DNA of 64,000 bases from Candidatus Latescibacterota bacterium (GTDB lineage: Bacteria; Latescibacterota; UBA2968; SICM01): contig CBDCJO010000002.1 in NCBI GenBank assembly GCA_965217865.1, positions 5,440,001 through 5,504,000 of the forward strand, read 5' to 3'. Numbering within the stretch: the first letter of the stretch is position 1; every line of letters begins with the position of its first letter. The notes beneath the pieces are model-generated. The model ran no database searches. It was not told the origin of the DNA and saw only the letters and a program-made list of their open reading frames with translations. This document shows, piece by piece, positions 36,323-45,624 of the stretch. A program made the translations under genes and the position numbers.

Positions 36323-37417
36323 TTAACCTTCCAGCACCTCTTTCAAACGCCTGGCAACGATCTTCTCGTCTCCAGCCAAAAGGGTCATCGGATCCACCCT
36401 GAGCTCCTTCCCGCTCCCATTTATGACCACGGGCGGCTCACCCTCGAGCATGGCCTGAACCACCTCTTCGGCCGTACGGTCACCCTCCAGCTCGATGCGG
36501 CAACGGGGTGCGAACCCGGGTGCGTCCTTGTCTTCTACGATCGTCGCCCGGACTCCCGACACGTCACCTACGGTCTCAATGATGTGGGTGACCTGCATCA
36601 GCCAGGCCTCCCGGTCCTCTTGGTCCGTTCCTGACAGAAACCGATCGACCGCCGCGATCAACCCCATGATCTCCTCTTTTCCAACCTTCATCCCACGCCC
36701 TATTGCACTGTTCGGGCTTGCATTCAACTGGACCGCGTCTATATAACCTTTTTCACCCAGGACGATCCCGGTGTTTTGTGGGCCCCTCATCCCTTTTCCA
36801 CCGCTGAAGACAGCAAGGCTGGCCCCCATTCCCACTAGATTTGTCAGGTTCGACCGGGGAGGAAGCTGGGCAGCGGCATCCACAACGACCGGAACGCCCA
36901 TCTCTTTTGCCCCGATGATGATCTCTCTGAGCTGATCCTCGCTCTGTTTTCCCAGAAAGTGAACGATCGCCGCGGTATTTTCTCCGATCCCGGCCAGGAT
37001 ATCATCCGTTTCCACCTGATCCTGAGTTCCGACCGGTATCAGCCTTCCGCCGCAGGCTTCGATCCCCTGATGGATATAGGTATGCCGATCGACACTGCTG
37101 ACAACAAATTCATTTTTCCATCCTTCGGTATGGGGTAAGCGTCTGGTCTTATCGGGATCCGTTCCCGTCAGACACGCAGCGGCCGACAACTGCATCCCGC
37201 TGGCCGCCCCGCACGATATAAAAGCCCCTTCCACGCCGATCCGTTCCGCAAGGTATTCCCCGGCTTTCTCGTTCAGGAGGTTCAGGTCGACAAATGATCC
37301 CGCTGCCTCCTGCATCGCCGCCAGCACCCTGGAGTGCATGATACTTCCTCCCAGGGTGGTGACAGTCCCACGCGCGTTGATAAAGGGACGAACACCCAGA
37401 TCTCGGTAGGTGACCAT
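36323..37417 (-). CDS. SelA-like PLP-dependent enzyme (DgaE-like)
   Basis: PFINARGT.T.LGGS, VDAAA, FSGGK.MRGPQ (PLP lysine), GRGMKVGKEE; RBS AAGGAG before ATG 37417. Confidence 0.85.
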   Translation of the reverse strand: MVTYRDLGVRPFINARGTVTTLGGSIMHSRVLAAMQEAAGSFVDLNLLNEKAGEYLAERIGVEGAFISCGAASGMQLSAAACLTGTDPDKTRRLPHTEGWKNEFVVSSVDRHTYIHQGIEACGGRLIPVGTQDQVETDDILAGIGENTAAIVHFLGKQSEDQLREIIIGAKEMGVPVVVDAAAQLPPRSNLTNLVGMGASLAVFSGGKGMRGPQNTGIVLGEKGYIDAVQLNASPNSAIGRGMKVGKEEIMGLIAAVDRFLSGTDQEDREAWLMQVTHIIETVGDVSGVRATIVEDKDAPGFAPRCRIELEGDRTAEEVVQAMLEGEPPVVINGSGKELRVDPMTLLAGDEKIVARRLKEVLEG

Positions 37418-37591
37418 TTCAAACTCCTTTAAATCATAAAACGGCAACTGTGAAACGGCATACGGTTCTCCCCTTCTCTCAACGTCCGATGAAGGGAGCG
37501 AATCATAATCGTCCGTCTTACATCTCAAGTGTGACGGAATGTACATCTTCCTTTCGGAAAAATCAAGGAATGCCCATTCGCAACTTCTGCC

Positions 37592-37620
37592 TTGACTTCA
37601 TCAGTTTCACCCTTTATATT
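37592..37620 (+). promoter_or_regulatory. Sigma70-type promoter of the ABC/egt operon
   Basis: TTGACT-N17-TATATT. Confidence 0.55.
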
Positions 37621-37699
37621 CGGCCCAATTTGCTCAGATCGAGAATATGGATCCGCTGGAGATCACAAGGTTATCGATAATAAATCTGTCGAGGAACAT

Positions 37700-38449
37700 A
37701 TGCTCAAATTGAGGGGTATCTCCAAGGCATTCGGCGGGTTAAAAGCCTTGAATCCGTTAGACTTGGACATCCGACCGGGGGGGATCACAGTTCTTATCGG
37801 TCCCAGCGGATGCGGAAAATCCACACTCCTGCGGCTGGTCATCGGCCTGATCCGACCGGATTCAGGCCTTGTCCATTTTGAGGGGCATGAAGTCACCTTC
37901 GAAAATGCGCTGACCTTTCGAAAGAGAATGGGTTACGTGATTCAGGACGGAGGTCTTTTTCCACATCTGACCGCCCGCGGGAACGTGGGCCTCATGGCAC
38001 GCTACCTGGGCTGGAGCGATGATCGTATTGAAACGCGTCTCCTCGAGCTGTCTGACTTAACCCGGTTCCCGCGCGACGGCCTGGAGCGATTCCCTGCGCA
38101 GCTATCGGGCGGTCAGAAACAACGGGTTGCTCTGATGCGGGCATTGATGCTCGATCCCGATCTGCTTCTGCTGGACGAACCCTTGGGGGCCCTTGACCCG
38201 ATGATCCGCTCCGAGCTCCAGGTCGATCTTCGGAAGATCTTCAGGGCACTAGGCAAGACCGTTTTGATGGTCACACACGATATCGGTGAGGCCGGATATT
38301 TCGGTGACTCGATCGTATTGATGCGCGACGGGTGCATCGTGCAACAGGGCTCACTGGAAGATCTGGTCCATTCGCCGGAAGACCCCTTCGTGACCCAATT
38401 TGTGAACGCTCAGCGGAGTCCTCTCGAGGGCCTGGGAAATCAGAACTGA
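37700..38449 (+). CDS. ABC transporter ATP-binding protein (OpuBA/ProV-like)
   Basis: GPSGCGKS, GYVIQ.GGLFPH, LSGGQ.QR, LLDEP.GALDP, VTHD. Confidence 0.92.
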   Translation: MLKLRGISKAFGGLKALNPLDLDIRPGGITVLIGPSGCGKSTLLRLVIGLIRPDSGLVHFEGHEVTFENALTFRKRMGYVIQDGGLFPHLTARGNVGLMARYLGWSDDRIETRLLELSDLTRFPRDGLERFPAQLSGGQKQRVALMRALMLDPDLLLLDEPLGALDPMIRSELQVDLRKIFRALGKTVLMVTHDIGEAGYFGDSIVLMRDGCIVQQGSLEDLVHSPEDPFVTQFVNAQRSPLEGLGNQN

Positions 38450-38505
38450 ATTCTACGAGAAACTGCGCCGGGATATTTGATTTGAAATCTTTTAAGGACG
38501 ACGCC

Positions 38506-38906
38506 ATGATGACACGGCCTGAAGTATCCCGGTATTTCATGCGGGTACGGAGGGTCACAGAGGAGTTCTGCCAGCCGCTTCCGCACGAAGATCAGGTGCC
38601 GCAACCGATCGTCGACGTAAGTCCGCCCAAGTGGCATATGGGTCACACCAGGACAGCGAGTCTCTACATCAGATGTTGGGGGATGTCTGGGAACGGAAGG
38701 GAAGTGCATATCTTCCCTATCCCGGTTATCGTCGCGTCCAGGGGCCTCTTGGAGAATACAATGGCAAATTTATGGTGAACCAGATGGTCTTGCGGGGTGG
38801 ATCCTGTGCAACTTCCGAGGACCATATTCGAATCACATATCTATATTTTTACAAACCAGATAAACGGTGGCAGTTCAATGGCTTACGACTGGCCGAAGAC
38901 GGTTAA
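38506..38906 (+). pseudogene. egtB: Ergothioneine sulfoxide synthase EgtB with a large internal deletion
   Basis: N-terminus ...[19 protein letters not shown] joined out of frame to the C-terminus [16 protein letters not shown]...[24 protein letters not shown]...RWQF.GLRLA. Confidence 0.9.
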
Positions 38907-38951
38907 CGAATGACCTTTCCGAATTCTGGATCTTGCAAGTAAGGATTTGCG

Positions 38952-39947
38952 ATGGGGGTTTTAAAAGGGGAGGGTCGTTTAACCCTGATTCTAGATGAGG
39001 TTGATTCAGGGGTGAACGGATTTTCCCAGGATGTCGAGGCAGGATTGACGAATTCACCCAAGCGGCTTTCCTGCCGATTTTTTTACGATAGCGTAGGGTC
39101 TCGTCTGTTCGAGGAGATCTGCAAGCTGCCTGAATATTATCTGACCCGGGCGGAGCGCGAGATCCTGGAGAAAAAAGCGGAGGAGATCGCGTCGGTGTTT
39201 CCTCTGCCGATCTCGCTTGTCGAGTTCGGGAGCGGAAGCGCAGCCAAGACCCGACTTCTGATCGAGGCGTTCCTGGAAAGGCACGGGAGGCTGCAGTTTG
39301 TTCCAGTTGACATATCCCGGATAATGCTGGAAGAGAGCTCGGCATCACTATTAGGGTCCTACCCGGACCTTGAGATCCTCGGAATTGTAGGAGAATATCA
39401 GGCCGGGCTTCAGCGATTGAAGGACAAATCCAGGGGCCCAAGGTTGATCCTCTGGTTGGGATCGAGCATTGGAAATCTCCATCGCCCCGACGCCCTTCGC
39501 TTCCTGTCCGTCGTGCGGAAGACGATGACAGAGGGGGACCGGATGCTTCTCGGAATCGACCTCCGAAAGGACCCTAAGGTGCTGGAGGCCGCGTACGACG
39601 ACGCCCAGGGTCTCTCGGCAAGGTTTAACCTGAACCTCCTGGGCAGGATCAACCGGGAACTGGGTGGACAGTTCCACCTGAAAAACTTCAGACACCGTGC
39701 GGAATACCACCAGGACGACGGTCGGATCGATATGCATCTGGCGAGCATATGTGATCAGCAGATCACAATAGAAGACCTCGGACTCGAAATCTCATTCACC
39801 AAAGACGAAACAATCCATACCGAAAGCGCCTACAAATATTCGGAGGCGGAGATCGAAGCGATGGCCGATGGGGCGGGATTGGCGTTGGAGCGACAGTGGT
39901 TCGATAACGAACGGCGGTTCAGCCTGAACCTGCTAGAAAAGCAGTAA
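38952..39947 (+). CDS. egtD: L-histidine N-alpha-methyltransferase
   Basis: FYD..GSRLFE.I..LPEYY.TR.E, EFGSG...KT, LGSSIGN, AYDD..G..A.FN.N, RIDMHL, HTE..YKY. Confidence 0.92.
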   Translation: MGVLKGEGRLTLILDEVDSGVNGFSQDVEAGLTNSPKRLSCRFFYDSVGSRLFEEICKLPEYYLTRAEREILEKKAEEIASVFPLPISLVEFGSGSAAKTRLLIEAFLERHGRLQFVPVDISRIMLEESSASLLGSYPDLEILGIVGEYQAGLQRLKDKSRGPRLILWLGSSIGNLHRPDALRFLSVVRKTMTEGDRMLLGIDLRKDPKVLEAAYDDAQGLSARFNLNLLGRINRELGGQFHLKNFRHRAEYHQDDGRIDMHLASICDQQITIEDLGLEISFTKDETIHTESAYKYSEAEIEAMADGAGLALERQWFDNERRFSLNLLEKQ

Positions 39948-40039
39948 ACCAGTTTGGGAGTTTTGAGGCATGGAAGTATGGGGAAAAATCGTTACAACTT
40001 TCCAGACTTCACACCCCTCTTGGGAGATCTGACATCCTG

Positions 40040-41548
40040 TTGAAAACGCCACAAGGTCTATTGTTCATCCTCACCACCACCCTCTTTATCCTGGGGCAAA
40101 GCTGCGCTCGCGAAGCGATGAAGGTGAAGATCGGCTCAAAGTCCTTTACCGAGTCGGTGATCCTGGGTGAGATGGTCGCCCATCTGGTCCGGAGTGTGGA
40201 GGCCAAACCGATACACCGGCGGGAACTGGGCGGCACTCGGGTGCTCTTCAACGCCCTGGTGGACGGTGAGATCGATGTTTATCCGGAGTACACCGGCACG
40301 ATCAGCCAGGAGATTCTGGCCGGTGAGGGAATCACGGGCGAGGATGCGATCCGGGCGGCGCTGGCAGCACGGGGCATATTAATGAGCCGTCCCCTAGGGT
40401 TCAACAACACCTACATCCTAGGAATGAAGGAGGAAGTCGCAGAGCAGCTGAATATCCGAAAGATATCGGATCTGCGCGGACATCCCGACCTGACCTTTGG
40501 ATTCAGCAACGAGTTTATGGACCGTGGAGACGGCTGGCCTAGTCTGCGAGACCGTTATCAACTGCCCCAACAAAAAGTTCGCGGCCTGTACCACGATCTC
40601 GCCTATCGGGGGATCGAGAGCAATTCGATCCAGGTGATCGATCTCTACGCCACGGACGCTGAGATCCGGTTTTACGGTTTACGTGGATTAAAGGACGACC
40701 TGTCTCACTTTCCCGTATACAATGCGGTCCTGATATATCGGGCCGACCTCCGGGAGAGAGCCCCGAATGTGGTGAACAGGTTGCTAAATCTGGAGGGACG
40801 TATCTCCGACATGTCCATGGTGGAGATGAATTCGCGGACAAAACTCGAAAAGGTGTCCGAGATTCGCGTAGCAGCCGATTTTCTGGCGGCGACGATGGAC
40901 CTGAAGGCTGAGGTCCGCGAGGAGACCTGGTTCGATCGTTTGTTGCGCACCACCCGGGAACACCTCTTATTGGTGTTGATATCACTTTCTGCCGCGATCT
41001 TGACCGCCGTACCCCTGGGTGTCCTTGCCGCCAAGCTCCCAAGGTTCGGGCAGGCGATCCTGGGCTTCGTGGGAGTCATCCAGACAATTCCGGCCCTTGC
41101 CTTACTCGTTCTGATGATACCCACGCTGGGCCTCGGTGGCCCTCCTGCGATTGCCGCGCTCTTCCTCTACAGCCTACTGCCGATCGTACGCAATACCTAC
41201 GCCGGTCTTCACGATATTCCACTGGAGATGCGCGAATCGGCAGAGGCCTTAGGACTTCCCCCTAAGGCGCGCCTCCGGCTTGTGGAGCTTCCGATGGCCA
41301 CCCGAGGAATCCTGGCCGGGATCAAGACCTCGGCCGTGATCAACGTCGGCTTCGCCACCCTGGGTGCACTCATTGGCGCGGGCGGATATGGACAGCCTAT
41401 TCTGACAGGAATCCGGCTGGCCGATACCGGACTGATCCTTCAGGGGGCAATCCCCGCAGCGGGCCTGGCGCTCCTCGTGCAGGGTCTGTTTGAAGGCGTT
41501 GAACGCGTGCTTGTGCCAAAAGGCCTTCGCCTGAAACCCGAAGCTTAG
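40040..41548 (+). CDS. Betaine-type ABC transporter, fused substrate-binding domain (N) and permease (C)
   Basis: IGSK.FTE, YPEYTGT, GFNNTY, Y.TD, FP.Y; permease QTIPALAL, LLPIVRNT, ESA.ALG, VELP, IGAGG.G. Confidence 0.92.
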   Translation: MKTPQGLLFILTTTLFILGQSCAREAMKVKIGSKSFTESVILGEMVAHLVRSVEAKPIHRRELGGTRVLFNALVDGEIDVYPEYTGTISQEILAGEGITGEDAIRAALAARGILMSRPLGFNNTYILGMKEEVAEQLNIRKISDLRGHPDLTFGFSNEFMDRGDGWPSLRDRYQLPQQKVRGLYHDLAYRGIESNSIQVIDLYATDAEIRFYGLRGLKDDLSHFPVYNAVLIYRADLRERAPNVVNRLLNLEGRISDMSMVEMNSRTKLEKVSEIRVAADFLAATMDLKAEVREETWFDRLLRTTREHLLLVLISLSAAILTAVPLGVLAAKLPRFGQAILGFVGVIQTIPALALLVLMIPTLGLGGPPAIAALFLYSLLPIVRNTYAGLHDIPLEMRESAEALGLPPKARLRLVELPMATRGILAGIKTSAVINVGFATLGALIGAGGYGQPILTGIRLADTGLILQGAIPAAGLALLVQGLFEGVERVLVPKGLRLKPEA

Positions 41549-41738
41549 TCCCCCCTATATCAATTTCCAAACCCTCCTCTTTCCTCACCAACCCGTTTCA
41601 ATTCGCGTCACTCGTTTACCATACTCCGTCATTCCCCTCTCTGATTCCCCTTTTTCCCCTCTTCACTGTTGCCAAAATTCACAGGTTGCACCTAAGGCAC
41701 AGGCCATCCAGAGCCAGTTCCTTCCATATCACTAATGA

Positions 41739-41784
41739 TATCAATAAATTATAGAAATGTTGCGGGGATGGCACGGACATTGAT
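41739..41784 (+). promoter_or_regulatory. Sigma54 (-24/-12) promoter with upstream IHF site
   Basis: TGGCACG-N4-TTGAT at 41769-41784 (one deviation from TTGCW) and TATCAA-TAAA-TTA (WATCAANNNNTTR) at 41739-41751. Confidence 0.6.
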
Positions 41785-41854
41785 AGGTAAATTTCATGAT
41801 CATCACCAAATCACTCTCGATCGGGGTTCATAATTTGCCGGAGCGAGAAGAATC

Positions 41855-43213
41855 GTGATTCTTCGCATATGTCCTTTGATCTTCCTGCTTTTTATCTTTG
41901 GATGCGCGGGCTATGCATCCTATGTAGTTGGATTTCGGGACAGGCTTGCAAGCAAGGATTATGAAGGCGTTCGTCTCAGCCTGAACAAGGCAAGTAAGGG
42001 ACGAGACAAACTCCTTTACTTCCTGGAAAAAGGGCTCGTGGATCGTTACCAGGGCGACTATCGGGGGTCGAATATACACTTTGAACTGGCGGAACGGCTG
42101 GCCGATCAGCTCTATACCCGCTCCATTTCACGGGAAATGGCAGCCCTGCTCACAAACGACGCCGTTCGTGCCTATCGAGGGGATAAATTTGAACTCGTCT
42201 TCATCAACTACTATCGTTCGCTCAATTACTGGCAGTTGGGACTTCAAGAGGATGCACTGGTTGAATGCCGCAAGGCGAACGAAAAATTGGCCCGATATGC
42301 TGCCACCGCCAAATATCCCACCAGCTACCGAAACGACGCCTTTATCCACTGGATGACCGGCCTGTTTTATGAAGCCACGGATGAATTAAACGATGCATAC
42401 GTCGCTTATCGGCACGCCCACATGGCATATCTCACTTACCGGAAGGCCTTCGGGATTTCACCCCCCCCGTCCCTTTCCCAGGATCTGATCCGGGTCGGCA
42501 TGAAGCTTGGATTTGCTGATGATGTAGAAGGGTTGATCGGATCGGATTCTTCAACCTCCCCTGAACCCCTCGGCGGGGAACTTATCCTTTTATGCGAAAC
42601 CGGTTTTGTCTCACGGAAGATCCAGGAGGAGATCAATCTTCCCATCTTTGAAGAGGACATCGACCTGAAACGAGGATTGGGTATGATTGCTCTTTCGCAC
42701 CGGGTAGCCCGGAGATACCGAAGGAGGTATCCCCCCGACTTGAAATTAAAGTACTGGCTTCGGGTAGCGGTTCCTGTTTATCGGGATACCCGTCCCAAAA
42801 CCCATCGGTTTCGTTTGAAAGCATCGGGACGCAACACCGGAACCGTCCTTGTGGAAGACCTCTCAGGCATTGCCCGTCAGACTCTTCAGGACAGGTTCCC
42901 GGTTATCCTTGCGCGGACGGTCGCGCGAGGACTGACCAAGTACCTTGCATCGGAATCGATCGAGAATAAAAATAAATTATTAGGATTTTTCGCCAACCTC
43001 TTTACCGCATCCACAGAGGCTGCAGACACCCGGAGCTGGATTTCGCTGCCTGGAAACATTCAGATGGGCAGGATCCGGTTGCCGGAAGGCTTCCACGATA
43101 TCAATGTTGAGGCAATCGATTCGAGAGGACGGATTATCGAGACCTACGGATTCCCTTTGGTTGAGATTCGAGACGACCGGCCCACATTTTTGAGCTATCG
43201 AACCTATCAATAA
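41855..43213 (+). CDS. COG3014-like TPR lipoprotein (lpoB-associated)
   Basis: Lipobox IFGC, LL..LEKG, Y.G..FE, ALVE.R, ADTRSW..LP. Confidence 0.8.
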   Translation: MILRICPLIFLLFIFGCAGYASYVVGFRDRLASKDYEGVRLSLNKASKGRDKLLYFLEKGLVDRYQGDYRGSNIHFELAERLADQLYTRSISREMAALLTNDAVRAYRGDKFELVFINYYRSLNYWQLGLQEDALVECRKANEKLARYAATAKYPTSYRNDAFIHWMTGLFYEATDELNDAYVAYRHAHMAYLTYRKAFGISPPPSLSQDLIRVGMKLGFADDVEGLIGSDSSTSPEPLGGELILLCETGFVSRKIQEEINLPIFEEDIDLKRGLGMIALSHRVARRYRRRYPPDLKLKYWLRVAVPVYRDTRPKTHRFRLKASGRNTGTVLVEDLSGIARQTLQDRFPVILARTVARGLTKYLASESIENKNKLLGFFANLFTASTEAADTRSWISLPGNIQMGRIRLPEGFHDINVEAIDSRGRIIETYGFPLVEIRDDRPTFLSYRTYQ

Positions 43214-43297
43214 AACCGTGAAGCGTACCTCGTGAAGTGTGAGGAGGAAAAAACGGTTTTCACCAGATACGAGACACAGACTTTTGAGGAGACGGCT

Positions 43298-44110
43298 ATG
43301 AAAACGAGATTTGGAACCATCGTCACACGGACCCTGGTGTTCGTCACAGCACTTGGGTTTGGGCCCGACACGGCCCATCCAAAGGATATCTCTTCCCGCG
43401 TGGTCAACATTGTCGAGTGGGACGGTGGTCGGCTCCCACCCGTCTACGAAAGGTCGAGCCAGCTCCCCCTCGATCGGGATGATCTGATCCACATGAACAA
43501 GAATGGGTTTGAACCGGGCCGAATCGTCCGGATGATCGAGGAGCGTCGATTTGTGGGAGATGCCTCAGTGGATGGCCTTATCGAATTGAAGAATGCAGGT
43601 TCCACTCCCGAAGTTCTTCAGGCCATCTCGCTTCATGCCCTGCCCCCCAACAGATCCCTGAACCTTTTGATCGAACTATTCTTCGAAGGCGGGTCCAGTC
43701 AAGCTCGCAGGCGATATCTTTATGTGATTTTTCCAGATGGACCCCTTGAGAGGATCTTCACTGCAGACCTGGGAGCCGTTCTATCCGGGAGCTGGCAAAG
43801 GGATATCCTGACGGATCATACGGATATCCTCCTCCCGAGACGAATTCGGCGAATAACTTTTTCCGGACACGTCCCCCTCAAGACCCACGGTGAAAAAAAG
43901 GCCCTTGTCTTCACTTCGACCATGCCCGATATCCATCGGTCCGGAGAAATTCCGGAATACGATCGTATGGAAGTTCGAGAATACACCTTCAATTATCCGG
44001 TAAGTTCGCTCCGAAGCGACTGCACCCTACAGGTTCGTTATCGCCAGGACTCGGCCTTGGCTTATAAATGGCACATGGTTCGTTCACATATCCAGTTTGA
44101 ATGGGAATAG
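43298..44110 (+). CDS. Exported hypothetical protein
   Basis: RBS GAGGAG, signal-peptide-like start, short helical motif (DLI.M.KNG ... LIELKNAG). Confidence 0.7.
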   Translation: MKTRFGTIVTRTLVFVTALGFGPDTAHPKDISSRVVNIVEWDGGRLPPVYERSSQLPLDRDDLIHMNKNGFEPGRIVRMIEERRFVGDASVDGLIELKNAGSTPEVLQAISLHALPPNRSLNLLIELFFEGGSSQARRRYLYVIFPDGPLERIFTADLGAVLSGSWQRDILTDHTDILLPRRIRRITFSGHVPLKTHGEKKALVFTSTMPDIHRSGEIPEYDRMEVREYTFNYPVSSLRSDCTLQVRYRQDSALAYKWHMVRSHIQFEWE

Positions 44111-44130
44111 TTTTCCAAGGAGGAAAAACC

Positions 44131-44733
44131 ATGACAAGCAAATTTCCTATGACGGCTGCTATCGCATTATTCATCCTGGGCGTGGGCTGTGCCGGTCCGA
44201 GGGCATTCACCAAGGGGACTTATGAGGGCCCTGAGACTATTGCCTTGCTCGACGACCGGTTCAACGAAAACGACATTCAACTCATCGCCAAAGTTATGGC
44301 CAACTCTCTGGGCAGGCTTGCGGCATTTGCGGGAAACAGCGAAAAATCAGCAATCCTTGTCGGGAAGATGCGCAACCGCACCACCGAACACATCGATATG
44401 CAGTCTCTCTCCGATAAGATCCGGACGTATTTGATCCAGAGCCGAAAGTTCAAGTTTGTCGATGGGGTCAATCGTACCGATGTTGCCGAGGAATATGAAT
44501 ATCAACAATCTGGATATGTAGATCCGGAACAGGCCATAGGCCCGGGGGGGCAAACAGCGGCGAATTATCTCCTTACCGGAACACTCACTTCCAATGTCCA
44601 GCAAGTCGGGAAAGACAAGCTCGTTTACTACAAGGCCACTTTTCAACTGACAGGACTTCGCACTTCGGAAATTATTTGGACAGAGGAGAAAGAGATCAGG
44701 AAGGCCTACAGGAAGCGAAGCATCGGATTGTAA
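44131..44733 (+). CDS. lpoB: Penicillin-binding protein activator LpoB-like lipoprotein
   Basis: Lipobox GVGC, NRT.EHID, S.KF.FVD, EYQQSG.V, A.Y.L.G, IIW..EK.I.K; RBS AAGGAGG. Confidence 0.82.
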   Translation: MTSKFPMTAAIALFILGVGCAGPRAFTKGTYEGPETIALLDDRFNENDIQLIAKVMANSLGRLAAFAGNSEKSAILVGKMRNRTTEHIDMQSLSDKIRTYLIQSRKFKFVDGVNRTDVAEEYEYQQSGYVDPEQAIGPGGQTAANYLLTGTLTSNVQQVGKDKLVYYKATFQLTGLRTSEIIWTEEKEIRKAYRKRSIGL

Positions 44734-44792
44734 CATGAAATTCAGGAAAGTCGCAGAATTCGCAGCCATCAACTCTTACGGGAGATTCGGTT

Positions 44793-45335
44793 ATGAAAAC
44801 ATTTGCACTTGGACTCTGTCTCGTCCTCCTCCTCATCGCGCCTCCGGGTGTTGCCCAGGAAGGACGCACAGACGGCCCCGAAGGGAGCGAATACGGGAAG
44901 GGGGGCTATCCCTTTAGCGGAAGGGAAGCACGACTATATCTCAATCCGTCATTCGGCTCGGGCATCTTCGAGGTCGCCGGGGCCGGAGACCAGACGGGTC
45001 TTCTTTACGGGTTGGACGTGGGATATGAGATGGAGGAATGGATCGGTCTCGAGGGGAGCTACAGCTACCTGAGGGATCGGGAACTCTCAATATTCGGCCT
45101 TGGTTCCCGGTTTTCCTACAATCGCCACCCGTTCATCTATTCCTTCACCGTCCAGGCAGGTCTCTATAGCCAGAAAACCGGGGACAATAACTTCGGACTG
45201 GCGCCGGGGACGGGCGTTGATATCGTCGTCGGGGAACGCTATCGGGTGGGGCTTCACTATCGCCGGGACTTCGTCTTCTCCGATTCACGCACCCGGCTTA
45301 ATCGCGTCTTCGCCAGAATCGGGTTCTATTTTTGA
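44793..45335 (+). CDS. Small outer-membrane beta-barrel protein
   Basis: Signal peptide, alternating amphipathic strands, C-terminal IGFYF beta-signal. Confidence 0.75.
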   Translation: MKTFALGLCLVLLLIAPPGVAQEGRTDGPEGSEYGKGGYPFSGREARLYLNPSFGSGIFEVAGAGDQTGLLYGLDVGYEMEEWIGLEGSYSYLRDRELSIFGLGSRFSYNRHPFIYSFTVQAGLYSQKTGDNNFGLAPGTGVDIVVGERYRVGLHYRRDFVFSDSRTRLNRVFARIGFYF

Positions 45336-45369
45336 CGTCGGAAGATTGACAAACCGTCAAACGTGAGAA

Positions 45370-45610
45370 GGAAGTCGGGGGTGGGAGGTCCGGTTCGGGG
45401 AAGTCAAAACGGGTCAGGGGGGTCAGGAATAGTGTGGGGTTTCAGAGGTCAGGGATTGGAGAGGCGATTAGATGGGAGGGACGCTCGCGGGGTCGCGGGC
45501 CCTCCCAAAACCTGGTCGTTCAGGTCCCTTTTCGAGATATCATCGACGGTCCGATCCCCGAATCACGATCCACGATCCACGATTTTTCGAACCCCGGGTC
45601 CTCTGACCAC
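45370..45610. repeat. Intergenic heptamer-repeat region between convergent genes
   Basis: GGGTCAGGGGGGTCAGG and AGAGGTCAGG units on one side; CACGATCCACGATCCACGAT and CTCTGACC on the other. Confidence 0.55.
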
Positions 45611-45624
45611 GGCTTTTTACGGCT

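Noticed and set aside
36323-37417. True selenocysteine synthase selA or a selenoneine pathway
   Set aside because: Motifs fit the shorter SelA-like/DgaE group, and no selB, selC, selD or senB is in the window.
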